Below, one piece after another: positions 58,725 to 64,000 of a stretch of 64,000 bases of DNA. The DNA comes from an uncultured Alphaproteobacteria bacterium (GTDB lineage: Bacteria; Pseudomonadota; Alphaproteobacteria; HIMB59; GCA-002718135), in the NCBI GenBank assembly GCA_902540265.1, contig CACBLW010000001.1:66687-130686 (forward strand), read 5' to 3'. Under the pieces are notes generated by a model. The model ran no database searches. It had not been told where the DNA came from and saw only the letters and a program-made list of their open reading frames with translations. Numbering within the stretch: the stretch's first letter is position 1; each line of letters opens with the position of its first letter. A program made the position numbers and the translations under genes.

Positions 58725-60824
58725 TCAAATTTTTAAATTAGACTTAGCTCTAGATTTGAGTTTTGCTGAACCCCTCCCAGACAAGCTTGGATTTTTGATA
58801 AAAAAATTGTGAGAGGAAAATTTTTTTTCTTTGCTTGATATTTCTTTTTTCTGATAATTGCCATTACTCAACATTTGCCAAGAATTTGTATTATCTGCCA
58901 TACTGGCAATTAAGATCTGATTTAATATTTGTTCATGTACAGTTTCATTTTCAATAGGGATGAATGTTTCAACCCGCCTATCTAGATTTCTTTGCATTAA
59001 ATCGGCAGAAGAAATAAACAAGATATTTTTTCTATGAGGGAATTTATGACCGTTATAAAAACAATATATTCTCGTATGTTCTAAAAAACGACCAATTATA
59101 CTTTTAACAACTATATTTTCCGATAGATTTTCTTTACCAGGTATTAGAGAGCAAATTCCTCTTATCAACAATTCAATTTTTACATTTTTTTGAGATGCTT
59201 TATAAAATTCATCAATAATTTGTTTATCAACAAGAGAATTACACTTACATACTATTCCAGATGGTTTATTTTTTCCAGCATTTGTAATTTCATTTCTAAT
59301 TAGTTCATTTAATTTGTTTCTTGCAGTTATTGGAGAATATACTATTTTTTTTATTGTGGTTGGTTCTGAATAACTAGTTAAATAATTAAACATTTTTGCA
59401 GCATCATTTGTTAATGTTTTGTCACAGGTGAAGTAAGATAAATCCATATAAACTCTTGCATTTCTTGGGTGATAATTACCTGTTCCATAATGTGCGTAAT
59501 TTACAACAGAATTCATTTGCTTCCTTGTTACAAGTGTAATTTTTGCATGAGTCTTCATATCAATATTGCCAAAAACAACTTGCGCTCCAGCTAATTCTAA
59601 TTCTTTTGCCCATTTTAAGTTACGCTCTTCATCAAAACGTGCTTGCAACTCTATAATGACAGTTACTAATTTTCCTTTTTGTGCTGCTCTAACTAAACTT
59701 GCTTCTATTGGTGAGTCATCAGTAGTTCGGTATAAAGTATGTTTTATTGATAAGACTTTTGGGTCATCTGCAGCTTGATCAATAAACTGAGTCACTACTT
59801 CAAAAGATTCAAAAGGGTGATGAATAACAATATCTTTATTTGCTATAGCTTTAAAATAATCATTTTTAAAATCTTTAATTCTTTCAGGAAATCGTACCTT
59901 AAATTTTGGAAAAAATAATTTTTTAAAATCTTTCAAAAAAATTGACTCTATACTCGAAAGATTAACGGGTATTGGCAGTTTATATGTATTTACATCCTTA
60001 TAGTTAAGTTTTTTATTTATGAATTTAATTAAGTGACTAGATATACTTTCATCAAAATCAATTCTTATTACCTCTTGTCTTCTTCTCTCAAAAATAGCTT
60101 TTTGAAATACTAAAAATAAATCTTCTCCCTCACCACCTAATTCTAATTCACTATTCCTAATTGGTCTAAAAACACCTTTATCCAAAACCCTATCACACTG
60201 GAAAATTTCTTTTAGAGAAATAAGTAGGGCTGTCTCCATAGATACAAAACGTGTTTTTTTACCAGGTAATTTAATAAATTTTTCTAATCCCTCTGGCACT
60301 CTCAGTATTCCATAAAAAGTTTTTTTATTATTTATTAAACGACATACTAAGGTTGTTTCTTTATTTGGTATAAAAGGAAATGGGTGAGATGGATCAATAA
60401 TAATTGGCGTTAAAACTCCCCAATTATTTTCTTCTAAATAATTTTTAATAAATGTTTTATCTTTTGTTTTCAGTGTTTTTTCTACATCTATATGGATTTT
60501 GTTTTCTGAAAGCTCTCTTAGTAAATCTATCCATATTGATTTTATATTTGAAATCATCTTCGATGTTTCTTTATCTATCAGCTTGAGTTGTTGTTGTGGT
60601 GTTAATCCATCAAAACTTTTATTTCGTGAAAATTTTTGAACATTCAATCCTGCTACTCTAACCATAAAAAATTCATCTAAATTAGAGAATGCTATTGATA
60701 AAAATCTAACCCTTTCTAAAAGTGGAATTTTACTATCAGATGTCTGACTTAAGACTCTTTCATTGAATTTTAGCCAAGACAATTCCCTGTTTGCATAGTT
60801 ATAAGTGGTATTTTTTTTTAACAT
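58725..60824 (-). CDS. ppk: Polyphosphate kinase 1
   Basis: 699 aa. The N-terminus is NRELSWLKFNERVL. The sequence has the PPK1 four-domain length, and HAKI and related blocks are present. Confidence 0.95.
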   Translation of the reverse strand: MLKKNTTYNYANRELSWLKFNERVLSQTSDSKIPLLERVRFLSIAFSNLDEFFMVRVAGLNVQKFSRNKSFDGLTPQQQLKLIDKETSKMISNIKSIWIDLLRELSENKIHIDVEKTLKTKDKTFIKNYLEENNWGVLTPIIIDPSHPFPFIPNKETTLVCRLINNKKTFYGILRVPEGLEKFIKLPGKKTRFVSMETALLISLKEIFQCDRVLDKGVFRPIRNSELELGGEGEDLFLVFQKAIFERRRQEVIRIDFDESISSHLIKFINKKLNYKDVNTYKLPIPVNLSSIESIFLKDFKKLFFPKFKVRFPERIKDFKNDYFKAIANKDIVIHHPFESFEVVTQFIDQAADDPKVLSIKHTLYRTTDDSPIEASLVRAAQKGKLVTVIIELQARFDEERNLKWAKELELAGAQVVFGNIDMKTHAKITLVTRKQMNSVVNYAHYGTGNYHPRNARVYMDLSYFTCDKTLTNDAAKMFNYLTSYSEPTTIKKIVYSPITARNKLNELIRNEITNAGKNKPSGIVCKCNSLVDKQIIDEFYKASQKNVKIELLIRGICSLIPGKENLSENIVVKSIIGRFLEHTRIYCFYNGHKFPHRKNILFISSADLMQRNLDRRVETFIPIENETVHEQILNQILIASMADNTNSWQMLSNGNYQKKEISSKEKKFSSHNFFIKNPSLSGRGSAKLKSRAKSNLKI

Positions 60825-60884
60825 AATTTTTTTTTATATTTTTTAGGTATAAAAAAAACATGTTCATAAAAAATTCATATTTCT

Positions 60885-61343
60885 TTAATAATTTTTATTT
60901 TTTGGTTTTAAAATTTTATCAATAGTCCAGCTATTTTTAAAGGATATTATAGCAAAAGCACAGGTTGGAAAATGTTCAATATTTGAATTACATAAAATAT
61001 TAATTGATTCTATCAAACTAGGGTTGTGTCCAATGATAAGAGTATTTTTTTTTAATTTTTTAATTTTTCTTACAAGTATATTTGGTGGGCATTCATAAAT
61101 ATCGTTATCAATTGTAAATTTTACTGAGCGATCAAATGAATTAGAAATTATATCATATGTGCTAGTTGTTCTTTTAGAAGGAGAACATATTATCTGATTA
61201 ATTTGAAATTTTCTTTTATCTAATATTTTAGAAAATTGTTTTGCGTTTCTCATACCTCTTTTATTCAGCGGCCTATCAATGTCATCAAGTTCTAAATTAT
61301 CCCAACTAGATTTGGCGTGACGTAATAAATAGACTTGTAGCAT
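60885..61343 (-). CDS. Histidine-phosphatase superfamily protein (SixA-like)
   Basis: 152 aa. Motifs LLRHAKS, RPLNKRG and GHNPS are present. Confidence 0.7.
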   Translation of the reverse strand: MLQVYLLRHAKSSWDNLELDDIDRPLNKRGMRNAKQFSKILDKRKFQINQIICSPSKRTTSTYDIISNSFDRSVKFTIDNDIYECPPNILVRKIKKLKKNTLIIGHNPSLIESINILCNSNIEHFPTCAFAIISFKNSWTIDKILKPKNKNY

Positions 61344-61375
61344 TCGAGTTTAATACTTTAGATGTATACATTTCC

Positions 61376-62281
61376 ATGGCTAAAAAGAAAAATAAAAATC
61401 CCATAACAGTTATTGATCTAGGCTCTAATACATTTAGACTAGTTATATACGCGCAAGCTATTCATCCTTTTCCAATACTTTATCAAAAAAGAGAATTCTT
61501 AAAATTAGGTGAAAGTATTAAAATAGGTAAACTCCCATCGATAAAAATAAAAGAAGCTATAAAATGCTTAGAAGAATATATTAAGATTGCAAAAGATTAT
61601 GAGTCCTCAGATATTCATATAATTGCAACGGCCGCAATTCGTGAAACAATAAATGGAAAAGAAATTATTGAACCCTTCAAGAAAAAAAAGTCAGTTAGAG
61701 TAGAAGTGCTCTCACCAAAAAATGAGGCTAAATGCGGATCCCTAGGTGTAATTAGTTCAATAAAAAATCCAATCGGTTTAGTTGCTGACTTGGGAGGTGG
61801 AAGTTTAGAACTTAGTACTATAAAAAATGAAAACATACTTGAAACTAAAAGTTTAAAAATTGGCATCTTAAGAAGTGAATCTGATATGTACAAAACTACT
61901 AAAATTAAATTTGATAATTTTTTATTTTCTAAATTTAAAAACCAATCTCTTAAATTTTCTAAAAACGTAGGAAATATTTATGTTATTGGAGGCATGTGGC
62001 GCAATCTTGCAAAACTTCATTTGCACCTAAATGGAATCAAGAAAAATAAATTACATGGGTACATGATACCATTTTCAGAGTTAGAAATATTTTATCACAA
62101 ATTATATTCTATGGAAAAAAAACAAATTCAAAAATTGAATGTTGTCCAACCCAATCGATTAGATAAATTAAAATTATCTACATATATTTTATTTAGCCTT
62201 GCTTCATTTTATAACATTAAAAATATTATTTTTGTAAGATATGGAATCCGTGAAGGCTACTTGTACAATATGTTGAACTAA
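61376..62281 (+). CDS. ppx: Ppx/GppA-family phosphatase (short, N-terminal domains only)
   Basis: 301 aa. The start VIDLGSNTFRLVIY and ADLGGGSLEL are present, and the fold is ASKHA-like. Confidence 0.8.
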   Translation: MAKKKNKNPITVIDLGSNTFRLVIYAQAIHPFPILYQKREFLKLGESIKIGKLPSIKIKEAIKCLEEYIKIAKDYESSDIHIIATAAIRETINGKEIIEPFKKKKSVRVEVLSPKNEAKCGSLGVISSIKNPIGLVADLGGGSLELSTIKNENILETKSLKIGILRSESDMYKTTKIKFDNFLFSKFKNQSLKFSKNVGNIYVIGGMWRNLAKLHLHLNGIKKNKLHGYMIPFSELEIFYHKLYSMEKKQIQKLNVVQPNRLDKLKLSTYILFSLASFYNIKNIIFVRYGIREGYLYNMLN

Positions 62282-62940
62282 TTTTTAAAAAACAATCTAA
62301 CAATAACTGTAGCAATAAGAGCACCAATAATCTGAGCTAAAATAAAACCTAGAACACTTGATGGACTTATCCCACTAAAGCTATCTGTAAACATTCTTCC
62401 TATAGTTACTGCTGGATTTGCAAAACTTGTTGATGAAGTAAACCAATATCCTGCGGTAATAAATAGAGCTACACCAATAGCTATTCTTTCCTTGTTTACC
62501 TCTTTTAATATAAAAATAGTTAATAATAATCCAACAGTTGCAATTATTTCTGAAAAGAATTTAAATACCCCAACTCTTTCATTGAGTGACCATTCAATTA
62601 TAGGATATTCAAAATACCAATTTGCAGTTAAACAACCAAATATAGCAGCAATAATCTGAGTAATAATAAAAATTATTCCGTAATTAATAGGAATATTTTT
62701 TTGGATAATATCACTTAATACAACAGCAGGATTAAAGTACGCTCCTGAGATATTAATAAACATAGAAATAATTACATATAAAATGGCACCTGTTGCGATA
62801 GTGTTTCCTAGTAATATTATACCAAGGTCATTTGACATTAACTCTCCCATAATTCCACTACCTACAACTGTTAGTACAAGAAAATATGTCCCGATAAATT
62901 CTGCTAGTATTTTTTGTCTTAAAGAAAATGTCACTATCAA
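62278..62940 (-). CDS. MIP-family channel (aquaglyceroporin, AqpS/arsenite-channel-like)
   Basis: 220 aa with two NPA boxes (YFNPAV, FTSSTSFANPAVT). Confidence 0.85.
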   Translation of the reverse strand: MIVTFSLRQKILAEFIGTYFLVLTVVGSGIMGELMSNDLGIILLGNTIATGAILYVIISMFINISGAYFNPAVVLSDIIQKNIPINYGIIFIITQIIAAIFGCLTANWYFEYPIIEWSLNERVGVFKFFSEIIATVGLLLTIFILKEVNKERIAIGVALFITAGYWFTSSTSFANPAVTIGRMFTDSFSGISPSSVLGFILAQIIGALIATVIVRLFFKN

Positions 62941-62954
62941 ATTACCCTAAATAA

Positions 62955-63956
62955 CTAAACGTTTACCATGAATTCTAAAAATTCATTCACACATTTGTCC
63001 CAAGTTAATTTAAGAGTAAAATTTCTACAATCAACTCTTTTTACTTTAAGTGCCTTCTTAACTGATTGTAACAAGTTATAATCTAAAGTGTTAATCTTTT
63101 CATCTGTTAACACATCTATGGGCCCGGTTACTGGATATGCAGCAATTGGTGTTCCACTAGCCAATGCTTCAAGTATTACATTTCCTAAAGTGTCTGTTTT
63201 AGAAGGAAAGACAAATACATCTGCGTTTGCATAATATTTCGCTAGTTCATCTCCAGTTTTTACACCGACAAAATTTACTTCAGGATATTTATTAATATAT
63301 TTTTGTAATTCGGGACCATCACCCACAACAGTTTTATTATAATTTCCTTTAAGTTTTAAAAATTCTTCAATATTTTTTTCAATTGCTACTCTACCAACAT
63401 AAGTCAGTTGTCTATCTTTACTGTTTGTGTCTCTTTTATTTGGATTAAATAATTCTGTATCAACACCTCTATTCCAAACTACTAAATTTTTAAAATCATA
63501 TTTTTTTAACTCATTTAGCATTGAAACTGATGGAACAAGAACTCTTTCTGAATCACTATGTAGTCTTCTTAATATGGAGTATGTAAATCTCTTTGGGATA
63601 AAAGCTCTTTGCTTCATGTAGTCAGGAAAACGGGTGTGAAAGGAAGAAGTGTATTGTAGTTTATTTTTAAGACAGTACTTACGACCAGCAAAACCTACTG
63701 GACCTTCAGTCATTATATGAACAATATCTGGATTAAATTCTTTAAAAAATTTTTCAGTAACTTTTTTAGTATTGTAAGAAATTTTTATTTCTTTGTACCT
63801 AGGATAACTAAAATTATTAAACATCTCAGGATGTAATATTTTAATTTCAAAACCTTTTTTTTCTAGAATAGGTATAACGCTTTGAAATGTCGTAACTACG
63901 CCATTTACCTGAGGAACCCACGCATCACTAATTAACGCGATTTTTTTAGGCTGCAT
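62955..63956 (-). CDS. GT4 glycosyltransferase, paralog of the agt-like gene at 57503
   Basis: 333 aa and collinear with the 57503-58498 product. More than half the residues are identical by eye (DAW.PQVNGVV, TSFHTRFP, VGDGPE, FPSKTDT.GNVILE.LASGTP.AAYPVTGP). Confidence 0.8.
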   Translation of the reverse strand: MQPKKIALISDAWVPQVNGVVTTFQSVIPILEKKGFEIKILHPEMFNNFSYPRYKEIKISYNTKKVTEKFFKEFNPDIVHIMTEGPVGFAGRKYCLKNKLQYTSSFHTRFPDYMKQRAFIPKRFTYSILRRLHSDSERVLVPSVSMLNELKKYDFKNLVVWNRGVDTELFNPNKRDTNSKDRQLTYVGRVAIEKNIEEFLKLKGNYNKTVVGDGPELQKYINKYPEVNFVGVKTGDELAKYYANADVFVFPSKTDTLGNVILEALASGTPIAAYPVTGPIDVLTDEKINTLDYNLLQSVKKALKVKRVDCRNFTLKLTWDKCVNEFLEFMVNV

Positions 63957-64000
63957 CCTCTTTTATTTTTCGTCTTTCTTCTAAAGAAATTAATTTTAAT

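Overview
A very AT-rich, tightly packed, streamlined alphaproteobacterial chromosome segment. The alphaproteobacteria-type TIGR02300 zinc-ribbon protein, the gene content and the tiny spacers suggest a SAR11/Pelagibacterales-like organism; this is inference and was not checked against a database. No rRNA, tRNA, CRISPR array, transposase, integrase or recognisable transcription-factor gene was found by eye.

Layout:
- 1-4.2 kb: BMP-type nucleoside ABC importer.
- 5-7 kb: katG.
- 7.2-13 kb: housekeeping run on the minus strand (ribA, hisI, hemB, thrS, cysS).
- 13.4-18.2 kb: strikingly AT-richer pABA/folate block (pabBAC-folPBK plus a TrpF-like gene).
- 18.2-20.8 kb: DUF1800/DUF1501 pair.
- 20.8-24 kb: nucleoside catabolism (cdd, punA, deoA) plus an O-methyltransferase.
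- 24.0-24.6 kb: hsp20 with a sigma32-type promoter.
- 24.7-28.4 kb: Fe3+ ABC transporter.
- 29.4-31.3 kb: add and an adenosine kinase.
- 34.1-36.1 kb: a cytochrome c gene followed by msrPQ.
- 38.7-53 kb: phosphonate island. It holds a Ugp-like importer, phnA, phnY, phnW, an orphan PhnZ-like HD oxygenase and several enzymes with no assigned role.
- 53-64 kb: phosphorus-stress block (pit/phoU-like, arsC-like, acyltransferase-plcP-agt lipid-remodelling cassette, ppk1, sixA-like, ppx, aquaglyceroporin, second agt paralog).

The two strongest leads are a roughly 197-bp direct repeat that brackets the lipid-remodelling cassette, and the unexplained accessory enzymes of the phosphonate island. The repeat consists of the arsC 3' end plus a conserved hairpin.
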